This document shows, piece by piece, positions 14,563-27,416 of a DNA stretch of 64,000 nucleotides. The notes below the pieces were generated by a model. That model was not told the DNA's origin. It searched no databases and worked only from the letters and a program-made list of their open reading frames with translations. Source of the DNA: Eledone cirrhosa (Eukaryota); NCBI GenBank assembly GCA_964016885.1, contig OZ024740.1, positions 197,904,001 to 197,968,000 of the forward strand, read 5' to 3'. Each line of letters starts with the position of its first letter. The first letter of the stretch is position 1. Both the position numbers and the translations under genes were made by a program.

Positions 14563-17500
14563 TACAGTGGTCAATCTAGATCGTACTTAGATAGATTCTT
14601 AGTTAGAAGTAAGGATAGGGACATATTAAGCTGTCCAGAAATGCTCACGGTTGGCTATACGGATCACAAATTAGTGACCTGCGTAGTCAATCTCGAGAAA
14701 ACACATAGACAGGGTCCCGGTTACTGGAAACTTAATTTGTCTTTACCGGAAAAAGAGACTTACAGAAACCGGATTAGCAGATTAGTTAAGGAGAGGTTGA
14801 CGGGTGCAATCGTCAACAACCGATGGTGGGCATCTCTCAAAAGAGAGATTAGAACAGAATCAATAAGTTATAGCAAGATGTTAGCTGCCGATAGGAATAG
14901 GAACGAGAAAGAATTAACAGGTAAATTAGAAGAGGCAATCAAGAGCGAAGATGTGGTCAGAGTGCTGGCATCGAGGACGGCCTTGAGCCAGTTTTTCGAA
15001 GCAAAGCACGAAGGCTGCGTCATTCGAAGTAAAATACGTGCTCTAGGTAATGAGGGGGCCAAAGCCGTTGGCTGGGCCCGCGTGACAGAAGCTAAGAGTG
15101 GAAATCGATCCACCATCCGGTCTTTGCAAGATGAGGATGGACGGGTGATCCGGGAGCCTAAGCAGATGTGCAAGGGCTTTCAAAGGCACTTTGCCCGATT
15201 ATTCGGGGGAGGCGAGGGTCCGGGCGGGGACGTGGATTTCGGTCCATACCTCGACGGCCTGCCGCGTCTCTCGGGCGAAGAAGCAGAGTCCTGCGAGGGA
15301 CCAATCTCGGCTGATGAGATCGGGGATGCGCTGAGCCAATGCTGCAGACGCAAATCTCCAGGTCTCGATGGTATACCTTACGAACTTTATTTAGCAATGC
15401 CGGTCTTCTTCTCCGAACTCCTCGAAGCAGTTTACTGCAATTGGCAGCAGAACGGGAGAATTCCTTGTTCTGTAGCCAAGGGCGTAGTCTCGCTGGTGAG
15501 GAAGGACGAGAACAAGGGGATAGTATAAATAATTTTCGGCCCATAACCCTGCTAAACACAGAGTTAAAGATTTTGGCCAAGGTGTTAGCAAAGAGGTTGG
15601 CGCTTGTCGTGGGTGGCCTGGTTGGAGATGCGCAGACATGTGCTATCCCATCCAGGTCCATTCACGACAACCTCCACCTCATGCGATACATCATAGAGAG
15701 GGTTGGCAACAAACCCGGCTTCGGTGGGGCCCTGATCAACCTGGATCAGTCTAAGGCGTTCGATAGGGTCGACCATGGTTACCTGGATGCGGTGCTAGCG
15801 GCGGCTGGGTTTGGTCCTGTTTTCAGAGGCTAGATCACTGCCTTACATAGCAACCACATCTGTTCTAGGATCACGGTGAACGGCTACCTTTCGAAGCCGT
15901 TCGAAATCACACGATCCATTCGACAGGGGTGCCCTCTCTCCTCCCTTCTGTACGTATTGACTCTCGAGCCTTTACTGAGGAAGTTGGAGTTGTTGCAGGG
16001 TATCCCCCTGGAACCAAAATTGAGCAAAGCGGTGTCGGCCTACGCCGATGACGTAACAGTAATGGTATCGACCGACTCGGAGATCGAGGCGATCGATACC
16101 TTACTGGAGGAATACGAAAGGTTGTCAGGAGCGAAACTGAACCGGGAAAAATCCATCGGGCTGCAACTGGGAACGTGGAGAGGCAGACCGATGCCTCCCG
16201 ACGGTGTCGTCGGACACTGGACGGAGGGCCCGGTGAAGTTGCTTGGGGTATGGTTTGGACCGGACCTCCAGGTGGAAAAGAACTGGGGCGAGGTTACGAA
16301 CAAGGTGTTTGCACTAACCCAGAAATGGGCCAAGTGTAAGCTGACCCTAAAAGGTCGGGCGGAGGTGGCGAGCATTTACATAGCGTCCGTCACTTACTAC
16401 CGCCTGACTGTCGTGCCTTGCCCTAAGGAAATACTCACCAAAATGGAACGCATGCTCTTTCAATTTCTTTGGAAAAAGCGCCCTCCTATGGTGAGAAGAT
16501 CCATCTGCTGCCAACAACCTTCGAAAGAAAGCTGGGGATGCCATGGTTGATGATGCGTAGGCACGCATTAAGGCTACGGCACCTACAGGTATTCCTCACT
16601 GGTCAACCGGTGTGGGCTCCGTTCGTGAAACGAGCCTTTCTGAGACTCGTCTCGCTCACCGAGCTGCATTCCTGGGTCAAGCAAAGATCCGGAAAACTGG
16701 GAGACTGGCACACTGAGTGTGCCCAGGCGCTCAGGGCTCTCTGGCAAACGGACCCGGCCATCGGTGGAGAATCCACCTCGTCATTCTATAGAGGGATGGT
16801 GGCTAGCAGGGGCGATGACACCCTTGGAGAGTCGCTGGACATGGAAGAGGACGAGCTGGCCAGCCTGTTCGGTAGGACTTTCGGCCCGGGACCAATGGAA
16901 AACTTCCAGAAGTCACTAGCTCTACCCGTTCGAGAAAAGCTCTACAGACACGGGTGCCCGGGCAGGGATCCCTCGAAAAAGATTTTCCCTAGATGCGTGC
17001 GTCACGAAGAAACCGTTACGCATGCATTGGTGCAATGTCCGGACGTGGCTGATCTGTGGGGCTACGCCGAACGACTGCTGTCGCAGGTGGCGCCGATTCG
17101 ATTGACCGCCGAGTCCGTGATGACAATCAAGCCGCCTCCCCTCTTCACAAAGGAAGCAAAGGCGGTTTTTCTGTGCGTAATAGCTATGTTGAAAGAGGTT
17201 GTTTGGTGGACACTATTGAAAGGTCTGAGGTCAGGTAACTTCCTCTCTGGCCATAGTCTGGTCTACTTCTTCCGATATCACTTCGGAAGAAGGATAAGAA
17301 TGGAGAGAGAGGTGCTTGGCCACAGGCAGTTTTATGAAAGGTGGGTGATAGTGGCGAGAATGGCTCGTGTAAATGGGCCTTCTCTGTATACCATCCTGTA
17401 GGTAAAGAAGTGAAGAAGAGGGGAGCACCTTTTCCATGTGCTCCCCGGGCAAAGGATTGCACACTTTTTCGGGGGGGGGGGGGGGGGGGGGTGCAACCCT

Positions 17501-17627
17501 CATCACGTCCCCTCCCTTTTGAGGTTGTTTTCGATTATTTTGATTTTATACCCTTTTTACTCGGTTTTATGTAAACTCCCCCTTTGTATTTGTCACTTCT
17601 TTTTATGCCTTTATGGTAAATAAAGAA

Positions 17628-17720
<93 letters not shown>
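14562..17720 (+). mobile_element. Tx1-clade LINE family A, 5'-truncated in the APE domain; defective ORF2, 3' UTR, AATAAA and (ATCT)n tail
   Basis: SRSYLDRF, TDHK, GPGYWKLN, KSPGLDG, LDQSKAFDRV, SIRQGCPLS, AYADD, C-terminal PRC..ETVTHALVQC; stop at 17401; tail 17628-17720. Confidence 0.92.
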
Positions 17721-19787
17721 GCTGTCGTCTGTTCTACAGCGTAGATGTAATTCACTTCGCGCAGAAGTTTTGTTCAAATTTATTGCGGAAATTTTGTAAG
17801 TTTAATTTTAATTTTGATACTATTGTGTAGCTTGACGCCCGGTCTGAACTGTCAGGCGGTGGGTCAGCTCATTTTCGCCCCTCCCAGGGGTGAAAAACCT
17901 GTTTTTAAAAATTTTGTTGCATAAAATTTCAATCGTCTGGGAGAAATGTTAAACGAAGCTAACGAAAATAGTGGTGGGGGGGGGGGGGGCAGCGGTAAGA
18001 GTTGTATGCTCGCACACTTTAGTCCCCCCTTCCTTCCCAACTAACGTCATAGAGAAGGAAAGAAAAAATAAATAAAAACAGACGAATGTGCGGAGAAAAA
18101 TGTCGACGAAAACACAAATCTGGAGATTGATTCCAACAACAAAAAAAATTTGAAAGAATTGCATGACAATATTAATACAACAAACAAAGAAACAACAAAC
18201 ACAAAAATAACATTTGAAAACAACAACATCATAACAGAAAGCAAAACAGACGACAAAATCAACACCAATAACATCTCATTTGCACAAACAACAAACAAAT
18301 CTTTAACATATATACCTGAAAATATTTCAGATGTGGCACAAAGAATAAAAAACGCCAAACAATTCATAACTCAAGGGGAAAATGGAGCCTTGTCAGTAAA
18401 AATGTCCCAAGAACTCACCAAAGATATTGAAAGTCGGACGGTCGTTTTCCACACCATCAAAAACATCTCAAAAAAGCCACAACAACCAACACAAGCAGAA
18501 ATTAAAGCGGTACTTAGAGAAGTACTTAATGAAGCCACTTTCATAAGAAGAGACAGGCTCTATGGAAGCCTGGCCATTATAATGAAGAACGAATCGGCGG
18601 AGAAAAAATATGCTTTGTCGCCGATTCGTTCGACAAATTTTACCTTTTATCCATCTTATATGGTAAAAGAACTCAGCTTATATGGCTTGATGCGATGATG
18701 CCAGATATGGACTACTGCTGGCTCATAGCTGGCTTCATCGATCCAGCGAATGACAACGTGATTTCCATTGGGAAAACCACAGGCGATGCGTTCAATGGAA
18801 CAGGTATAGAACTTGTAGTGCAAATGAAGCCTGAACGCATTGCCCAAATACCCGACAGAATCCTATTAGAGGGCCACGGGTATATAAACATTAGCGTGGA
18901 GGGGAGAAGGCCGTCCTGTCATATCTGTGCAGGCAGAGGGCACCTGAAGGCGGCTTGTCCCCAACTCAACAAGAAGAAAACCCTGCTACCAACACCAGCT
19001 CCACCACCACCACAACAGATACACAAACAACAAAACTCAGTCCCACCCAACCCGTCCCTCAGTAAAACTACACCACCACCACAGCACAAACAGACACAAC
19101 ACATTACCCAAAAACAAAACACAGTACCACCCAACCCCTCACTCAATAAAACAACACAACCACCGCAGCCACAACACACAACACAGTCTAACATAGTGAC
19201 ATCCATCTCCCCCACAAAGAAAACTAACACGGAAACATTACCAGAAAACATACCTCTTCCCTCCAACACTGAAGATAACCCAACGAATTCGGAGGAAGAA
19301 ACGGAGTCCTACAGACAGATTAAAAGGAAAAAAAGAAAACATGTGCAAAACACACAAGGCCAAACAGCCCCTACCCAAATGTCAATACAATCCAACAAAA
19401 CACAAAACACCCCTCCAGAAACAAACCAAACCAAATCTGCCCCTCCCCTCTTCGAAACACTCACACCATCCGAAAAAAAGACATTACACTATACTTACAT
19501 CAACAGAAACAATATGATAGTGGCGAGAATGGCTCGTGTAAATGGGCCTTCTCTGTATACCATCCTGTAGGTAAAGAAGTGAAGAAGAAGGGAGCACCTT
19601 CTCCATGTGCTCCCCGGGCAAAAGATTGCACACTTTTTCGGGGGCGTCTGCAACCCCCATCACGTCCCCTCCCTTTTGAGATTGTTTTTTTTATTTTCAT
19701 TTTATACCCTTTTTACTCTCGTTTTATGTAAACTCCCCCTTTGTATTTGTCCCTTCTTTTTATGCCTCTATGGTAAATAAAGAAATA

Positions 19788-19880
<93 letters not shown>
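17721..19880 (+). mobile_element. Non-autonomous Tx1 derivative: 5' UTR and ORF1 joined to the last 17 codons of ORF2 and 3' UTR of family A
   Basis: ORF1 pieces 18150-18698 and 18695-19570 with VEGRRPSCHICAGRGHLKAAC zinc knuckle; 19514-19790 nearly identical to 17347-17630; (ATCT)n both sides. Confidence 0.85.
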
Positions 19881-19884
<4 letters not shown>

Positions 19885-20163
19885 GTCTGACGTGTGGAAC
19901 ATCGCCGGTAAGCTTTTTTGTTAATTTCTATGCAAAAAACCGAACTAATTGTTTGTGGAAACATAACACTTTGCTGAATTGTCAGCCGGGTGGTAATCCC
20001 ATTTTTTGCCCCTGTAGGGGCGAACATTTTATTTAAAAAATTCGTTTTAAAATATTAGATTTTACAAACTAAATAACTTGAGCACACAAGAACGCTGGAG
20101 AACGTTAATAGAGAAAAGAGAGAGAAAGAGGCAGATATTAACGTTATATCTGCTTCTGCTACT

Positions 20164-21968
20164 ATGGACGTCGCCATAGATACAAGTGTCAACAAAGAGA
20201 AAAATATATTAACACTTGAAAATTTTAAAATTTCTACCGTCGAAGCGGAGAAAAATAACAATAACACACAGGAAAACACAGGAATTAAACCCATTAACAT
20301 ACATACACATGAAAAACTCTATACATATACACATAATGTTTCACCTCGACAAGGAACTGATATTTCCAACAACGATAACAACAACAATATCAGCAACGCC
20401 ACACAAAAAAAGAAAATGTCTTTCGCTGAAACAGTGAACAAAAAACAAGATTTTATAAATCTTGATATCTCCAACGCAAGAGATATGCTCCAGCAAGGGA
20501 GAAAATTTGTAACTTTCGAAGAAAGAGGTGGGTTTAGAATTAACTCACCCCTTGAAATAAGGGAAGATACAATCCGCAGATCAGTCACTTTTAAGACTGT
20601 GTCAAATTCCACAAGAAAGCCGACATTTGTTAACCAAGCAGATATAGAAGATACTTTCAAGGAAATTCTAGCAAATGTCGATTTTCTCCAGCGAGGAAAA
20701 CAGTACGGAAGTGTTTCCGTACTGTTTAAAAGCGAGGCACTCGCCCCAAAAAACTCTGTGACACCAATGGTGTCAAAAGCATACACCTTTTTCCCTACAT
20801 ACATGGGGGAAAAGGACAAGGACACAAAAAAAAACAAAAAAAAAACATACCTTCAAACATTAACATCTGGTGGATCTTGGCTGGCTTCGTAGAGCCAGAA
20901 ACTGATATGATACTTTCAATACGAAAATCTATTCGACAAAGGTGGACGGGCACAGATTTGGAGATTCTGTTGCAAATGAAACCGGAGAGAATCTCCAAAA
21001 TACCCGAAAGAGTCGTTATTGATAATAACAACAAAATAAATATTTCGGTAGAAGGACGAACATTTCATTGCTTTCGCTGTGGTAGCACAGCTCACCTAAA
21101 AGACTCTTGTCCAAAAACACACAACAACAACATCATAAAAAAAACGCTATTACCAACACCAACACCAAAACAACCACCACCACCACAATTACAACGACAG
21201 ACGAAATAACAACTACACCAAACCAAACAGACACTCAACCAACAACAACCGAATAAAACAGAGACAACACGCCTGAAGAACACAGCCCCACTCCATCCCA
21301 CTCCATCAAACACTACCACAAACACACATACCAAAATACCACCACCGCACAACATACCCTTACCCCACACACCTGACGATGATTATTTATCGACGGATGA
21401 AGCTGCTTCTCCTTCTTTAAGTGAAGAAGAGGGAGAACCGTGGAAAGCTAAAAAACAAAAAAAGAGACACCACAAAACCCCCAAAACTCCAATCACCAAC
21501 ACCAACACACAACCACAGACACAAACAACAACACAAACAACACCACAGTCAAACATCCCCCTATCAGCAAAACCAGCACCAACACCACATCAAACACAAG
21601 GACCCACCATAAAAAGAAAACTCCCGGATGAACAACAAACTAAAACAACACAACAAAAACACAAACAACAATACGCATACAACAACACAAACAACAAGAG
21701 TTTGATGGAGGTCATCTCCCAAAAGCCCAAGGTGGAGACGGAGGGCAAAACTTTCGTCAAGGCAGAATCGTCTCCACACCTTAAACTTATAAGGGTTTCT
21801 ATGGAAACCTATAATGTCCTAAAAAATAAATTTTCACAGGACGTGGGCAACCCCTGCCACAAACCCATCAACCGCGTCCTGTTAAAATGTTTCCCCACCC
21901 CACCCAACACCCCATCCAGCACCCAAATGGAGATTGAACAACCCGATCTCCAGGAAACGAAAAGGTAA
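20164..21968 (+). pseudogene. Tx1 family B ORF1 (gag-like: putative RRM, CCHC knuckle, low-complexity linker, C-terminal domain), frameshifted
   Basis: QRGKQYGSVSVLF, VEGRTFHCFRCGSTAHLKDSC; homologous segments in the other Tx1 copies. Confidence 0.8.
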
Positions 21969-22009
21969 GTGCACCTTTCGTCTTTTTTCTCCAACTTTTC
22001 TTCACCAAC

Positions 22010-25000
22010 ATGGCTGGTTTACGAGTTGGAACCGTGAATATGCGTGGCCTAGGGATGCCCTGGAAACAGGGCCAACTTTTAAACGACCTTAGGTCACACA
22101 GTATGGATGTCATAGCCATCACCGAGTCCAGGATCCACAACAGGCAGCAACTAACCCCCATCTTCGACGACTTTGAGATCTACGTATCTCTCTGTCAGCC
22201 AGGAGGTGGAGGTGGAGTGGCTGTTATGTTTCGGAAGAACCTGGACGTCGGAGTACAGCAAGTACACTTGGACCCGGAGGGTAGACTGGTAGTCCTAGAC
22301 GTGAACAGTATCGGAGGTGGAGCCTTCAGACTGGTGGCCGTTTATGCCCCGACCGGGCAATCGCAATCACGGCCAGACTTCTTTAAGCGTCTAGAGTCTT
22401 TTCTGGGAGCGTTTCGCTCCTTACATTTAGTGGGGGACGGGAATGGTATCCTAGATGCACGATGGGACTATGTGGGAGCATGTCCCGGTAGAGCGGGGTG
22501 CAATAGCCTCAAAACTTTAATCGGCCAATTCCAACTGGCCGATAGGTATCGACTAGATTTCCCGACTGCACCACAGTGGACGTGGGTAAACCGCAGTGGG
22601 ACATCTAGATCGTATTTAGATAGGTTCTTCATTAGAGAAAGGGACAAGGAGATGTTAAGCTGTCCACGAATGCACATGGTTGCCTATTCAGATCACAAGT
22701 TAGTCGTCTGCTTAGTCAACCGTGATAGAATACATAGACAGGGTCCCGGATACTGGAAGCTGAACGTGTCGTTGCCGGCACGTAAAGCTTACAGTGAACG
22801 GATAAGTAGACTAGTCAAGCAACAGTTAACGGGAGCCATCGTCAACAATAGATGGTGGTACTCTCTCAAGAAAGCAATTAGAATAGAATCGATAGGGTAT
22901 AGCAGAGAGTTAGCCTTAGAGAAAAACAGAATAGAAAGAGAACTAGTAGCCAAGGTAGAGGAGGCACTTAGAAGTGGAAACGCGGCTAGAGTGTTAGCGT
23001 CGAGAACGGCACTGGACCAGTTCTTCGACGCGAAACACGAAGGCTGCGTGGTCAGAAGCAAAACACGTGCTCTAGGAAACGAAGGAGCGAAAGCTGTCAG
23101 CTGGGCCCGAGTGGCGGAGGCAAAAAGTGGCAACAAGTCCACGATTCGGTCTTTGAAAGACCTAAACTGACGCGTGCTACTTGACCCCAAGCAAATATGC
23201 GCGGCCTTTCAGCAGCACTTTGCGCGACTGTTTGAGCAGAACGACGGTGAGCCGAACGGGGCAAAGAACTTTAGTTCATACCTCGACGGCCTGCCGCGTC
23301 TCTCGAACACGGACGCCGAGTTCTGCGAAAGACCGATAACGGACACTGAGATACGAGACGCTCTGGGCCGCTGCGGGAAACGCAAGTCACCCGGTCTAGA
23401 TGGTCTACCCTACGAATTTTACATAGGCATGCCGGACTTGTTCTCTGGCGTCCTCGAAGCCGTCTACTGCAATTGGCAGCAGAACGGGAGAATTCCCAGT
23501 TCTGCAGGCAAGGGCGTAGTAACGCTGATCAGGAAAGACGAGAACAAGGGGGACTAAATTAACAACTTCAGGCCCATAACTCTGCTCAACACAGAGTTAA
23601 AGATTTTGGCCAAGGTGCTATCGACGAGGTTGGCGCTTGTCGTCGAGAACCTGGTGGGGAAAGCGCAAACGTGTGCAATCCCGACCAGGTCCATACACGA
23701 CAACCTCAATCTCATGCATTACATCATAGAGAGGGTGGGTAGTAAACCCGGCTTCGGTGGGGCTCTGATCAACTTGGATCAGTCTAAGGCATTCGATAGG
23801 GTCGACCATCGATACTTGGAAGCGGTTCTCAGGGCGGCCGGTTTCGGTCCCGTGTTCAGAGGATAGATCGAGGCGATGCACACCAGCATCTGCTCGAGGG
23901 TCAAGGTGAACGGCTACCTATCGGAGCCGTTCGCAATCACGCGTTCCATTCGACAGGGATGCCCTCTCTCCTCCATTATGTATGTATTGACTCTAGAGCC
24001 ACTACTGCGGAAATTGGAGCTGTTGCAGGGCATCCCCCTAGAACCGGGACTGCGCAAAGCGGCGTCGGCTTATGCCGACGACGTTACGGTAATGGTGTCG
24101 AGCACCTCGGAAATCGGGGTGATCGGCAACATACTGAAAGAATACGAAACGCTGACGGGAGCAAAACTAAACCCAGACAAGTCTGTCGGTTTGCAACTCG
24201 GTACGTGGAGAGGCAGACCGATGACATCCGACAGCGTCGTTGGACGCTGGAAGGACGGACCGGTGAAATTGCTCGAGGTCTGGTTCGGTCCAGACCTCCA
24301 GGTGGAGAAAAACTGGAACGAGGTCACAGCCAAGGTGTTTGCACTCACTCAGAAGTGGGCAGAGTGCAAACTGTCCTTGAAAGGTCGAGCGGAGGTGGCA
24401 AACAATTTCATAGCGTCCGTAATCTACTACCGCTTGACTGTCGTACCTTGTCCCCGTGAACACCTCGCCAAGATGGAACGCATGCTCTTCCAGTTTCTGT
24501 GGAAGAAGCAGGCTCCGCTGGTAAGGAGATCCGTCTGCTGTCAGCATCCTTCCAACGGAGGGCTGGCAATGCCGTGGCTGATGATGCGCAAACATGCGCT
24601 GAGGCTGCGGCATCTCCAGGTATTCCTCACCGACCCCCAACCGGTGTGGGCACAGTTTGTGAGACAGGCTTTCCCACAGCTCGTCTCGCTAACGGAGCTG
24701 CAGTCCTGGGTGAAGAAAAGACCGAAAACGATGGGCGCCTGGCACATTGAATGCGCTCAGGCGCTCACAGTCCTCTGGCAAGCGGGCGCAGCAATCAGTG
24801 GAGACTCCACTTCGACATTCTATAGAGGGATTGTACGTTACAAGGGCGACGACGTGCTCGGAGAGACTCTGGGCGTCGAAGATGATGAGCTCACCAGTCT
24901 GTTTGGTAGGACTTTCCGCCCGGGACCTATGGACAACTTCCAGAGGTCCCTGGCCTGGCAGTGCTACCGAGGAGCTCTACCGGTTCGTGACAAGATCTAC

Positions 25001-25456
25001 AGGCACGGACGCCCTGGCAGGGATCCTTCCAAGAGGACGTGTCCAAGATGTGCGCAGGACATTGAAACAGTTGTGCACGCAATTGTACACTGCCCGGGCG
25101 TAACCGACCTGTGGAACTATGCAGAACAACTGCTGTCGCGTATGGGACAAATCCAGTTGACTGCCGAGTCCATAGTAAGGATCAAACCGCCCTACTCTTT
25201 CAAAAACGAAAGAGAGGCGGTTTTCCTCTGTACGGTGGCTATGGTGAAAGAAGTTATATGGTGGACGAGATTGAGAGGACTGAGGACAGATGCGTTTCTC
25301 TCCGGACAACAATTGATTCCCTTCTTTAAGTATCACTTTAGAAGGAGAATCAGGGTGGAGAGAGAAGCACTGCACCCCAGTAAATTTACTGAAAGGTGGG
25401 TGAATGAAGCGAAAATGGCCCGAGTGATTGGGCCTTCTCTGTTTATAAGCCTGTAG
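22010..25456 (+). pseudogene. Tx1 family B ORF2 (APE endonuclease, reverse transcriptase, C-terminal Cys-His); one frame with three premature stops (23168, 23555, 23864)
   Basis: TVNMRGL, AITES, VYAP, GD.N, YLDRF, SDHK; RT motifs KAFDRV, QGCPLS, AYADD; CPRC..ETVVHAIVHC. Confidence 0.92.
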
Positions 25457-25721
25457 GTTGAGGAAGAGAGCAAAAGGAAGAAAGGAGCACTTGCACAACA
25501 CGCTCCTGGAGTTGAAGGTTGTTCTATCGACGGGGTATTAAACAACCCATTTGTGGCGCCTCCCCCCTATTGGGGATTTCGATTGTTGAAATTGTTTGTT
25601 TGTTTTTATATTTTTTACACGACTGTATGTAAAATCCCCGGCATGTCTTTGTATTGTCCCCTTTTCTTGTTGCGCCCTTGTGGCTAATAAAGACATCTAT
25701 CTATCTATTTATCTATCTATC

Positions 25722-25840
25722 TCCATCTGTGATAACATTTTACACGTTTTTATTGTATGTAAACTTCCCCCTTTGTATTTGTCCCCTTCTTTTGTGCCCC
25801 TGTGGCTAATAAAGAAATATATCTATCTATCTATCTATCT
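25722..25840 (+). mobile_element. Very short 3'-UTR-only Tx1 insertion with (ATCT)n tail
   Basis: TGTAAACTTCCCCCTTTGTATTTGTCCCC...GTGGCTAATAAAGAAAT resembles the family A 3' end. Confidence 0.75.
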
Positions 25841-27416
25841 GCAGGAATATGAAAGGCTCACAGGAGCAAAACTAAACCCGGACAAGTCTGTCGGTTTGCA
25901 ATTCGGAACGTGGAGAGGCAAAACGATGACGTCCGAAAGTGTCGTTGGACGCTGGACGGACGGACCGGTGAAATTGCTCGCGGTCTGGTTCGGTTCAGAC
26001 CCCCAGGTGGAGAAAAACTGGAACGAGGTCACGGCCAAGGTGTTTGCGCTCACCCAGAAGTGGGCAGAGTGCAAACTGTCCTTGAAAGGTCGAGCGGAGG
26101 CGAACACTTTCATAGCATCTGTCATCTCCTTCCGCTTGACTGTCGTGCCTTGTCCTCGTGAACACCTCGCCAAGATGGATCGCATGCTCTTCCAGTTTCT
26201 GTGGAAGAAGCAGGCTCCGCTGGTGAGGTGATCCGTCTGCTGTCAGCACCCTTCCAACGGAGGGCTGGGAAAGCCGTGGCTGATGATGCGCAATTATGCG
26301 CTGATACTGCGGCATCTCCAGGTATTCCTCACCGACCCCCAACCGGTGTGGGCACCGTTTGTGAGACAGGCTTTCCCACAGCTCGTCTCGCTGACGGAGC
26401 TGCAGTCCTGGGTCAAGAAAAGACCGAAAACGATGGGCGCCTGGCACATTGAATGTGCTCAGGCGCTCACAGTCCTCTGGCAACGGGCACAGCAATCAGT
26501 GGAGACTCCACTTCGACATTCTATAGAGGGATTGTACGTTACAAGGGCGACGACGTGCTCGGAGAGACTCTGGGCGTCGAAGTCGATCAGCTCACCAGTC
26601 TGTTTGGTAGGACTTTCTGCCCGGTATCTATGGACAACTTCCAGAGGTCCCTGGCCTGGCAGTGCTACCGAGGAGCTCTACCGGTTCGTGACAAGATCTA
26701 CAGGCACGGACGCCCTGGCAGGGATCCTTCCAAGAGGACGTGTCCAAGATGTGCGCAGGACATTGAAACAGTTGTGCACGCAATTGTACACTGCCCGGGC
26801 GTAACCGACCTGTGGAACTATGCAGAACAACTGCTGTCGCGTATGGGACAAATCCAGTTGACTGCCGAGTCCATAGTAAGGATCAAACCGCCATACTCTT
26901 TCAAAAACAAAAGAGAGGCGGTTTTCCTCTGTACGGTGGCTATGGTGAAAGAAGTTATATGGTGGACGAGGTTGAGAGGACTGAGGACAGATGCCTTTCT
27001 CTCCGGACAACAATTGATTCCCTTTCTTTAAGTATCACTTTAGAAGGAGAATCAGGGTGGAGAGAGAGGCACTGCACCCCAGTAAATTTACTGAAAGGTG
27101 GGTGAATGAAGCGAAAATGGCCTGAGTGATTGGGCCTTCTCTGTTTATAAGCCTGTAGGTTGAGGAAGAGAGCAAAAGGAAGAAAGGAGCACTTGCACAA
27201 CACGCTCCTGGAGTTGAGGGTTGTTCTATCGACGGGGTATTAAACAACCCATTTGTGGCGCCTCCCCCCTATTGGGGATTTCGATTGTTGAAATTGTTTG
27301 TTTGTTTTTATATTTTTTACACGACTGTATGTATAATCCCCGGCATGTCTTTGTATTGTCCCCTTTTCTTGTTGCGCCCTTATGGCTAATAAAGAAATAT
27401 ATCTATCTATCTATCT
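25841..27416 (+). mobile_element. 5'-truncated Tx1 family B copy (B2)
   Basis: Near-identical to 24138-25715; ATCT tail. Confidence 0.92.

Larger units (their letters stand above)
19881..25721 (+). mobile_element. Full-length Tx1-clade LINE family B with (ATCT)n tail
   Basis: 5' UTR, ORF1, ORF2, 3' UTR with AATAAA; bounded by ATCT repeats. Confidence 0.93.

Noticed and set aside
19500-19525. Junction of the ORF1-only element as a spliced product
   Set aside because: It lies upstream of the expected ORF1-end donor and about 55 nt before the CTGTAG acceptor; better explained by deletion or template jump
25457-25600. Apparent peptide similarity after the ORF2 stop (EEE..GAL...PYW) suggesting read-through or a coding last exon
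   Set aside because: The frame relative to the stop and splice sites is inconsistent among families and E has a stop; nucleotide and hairpin homology explains it
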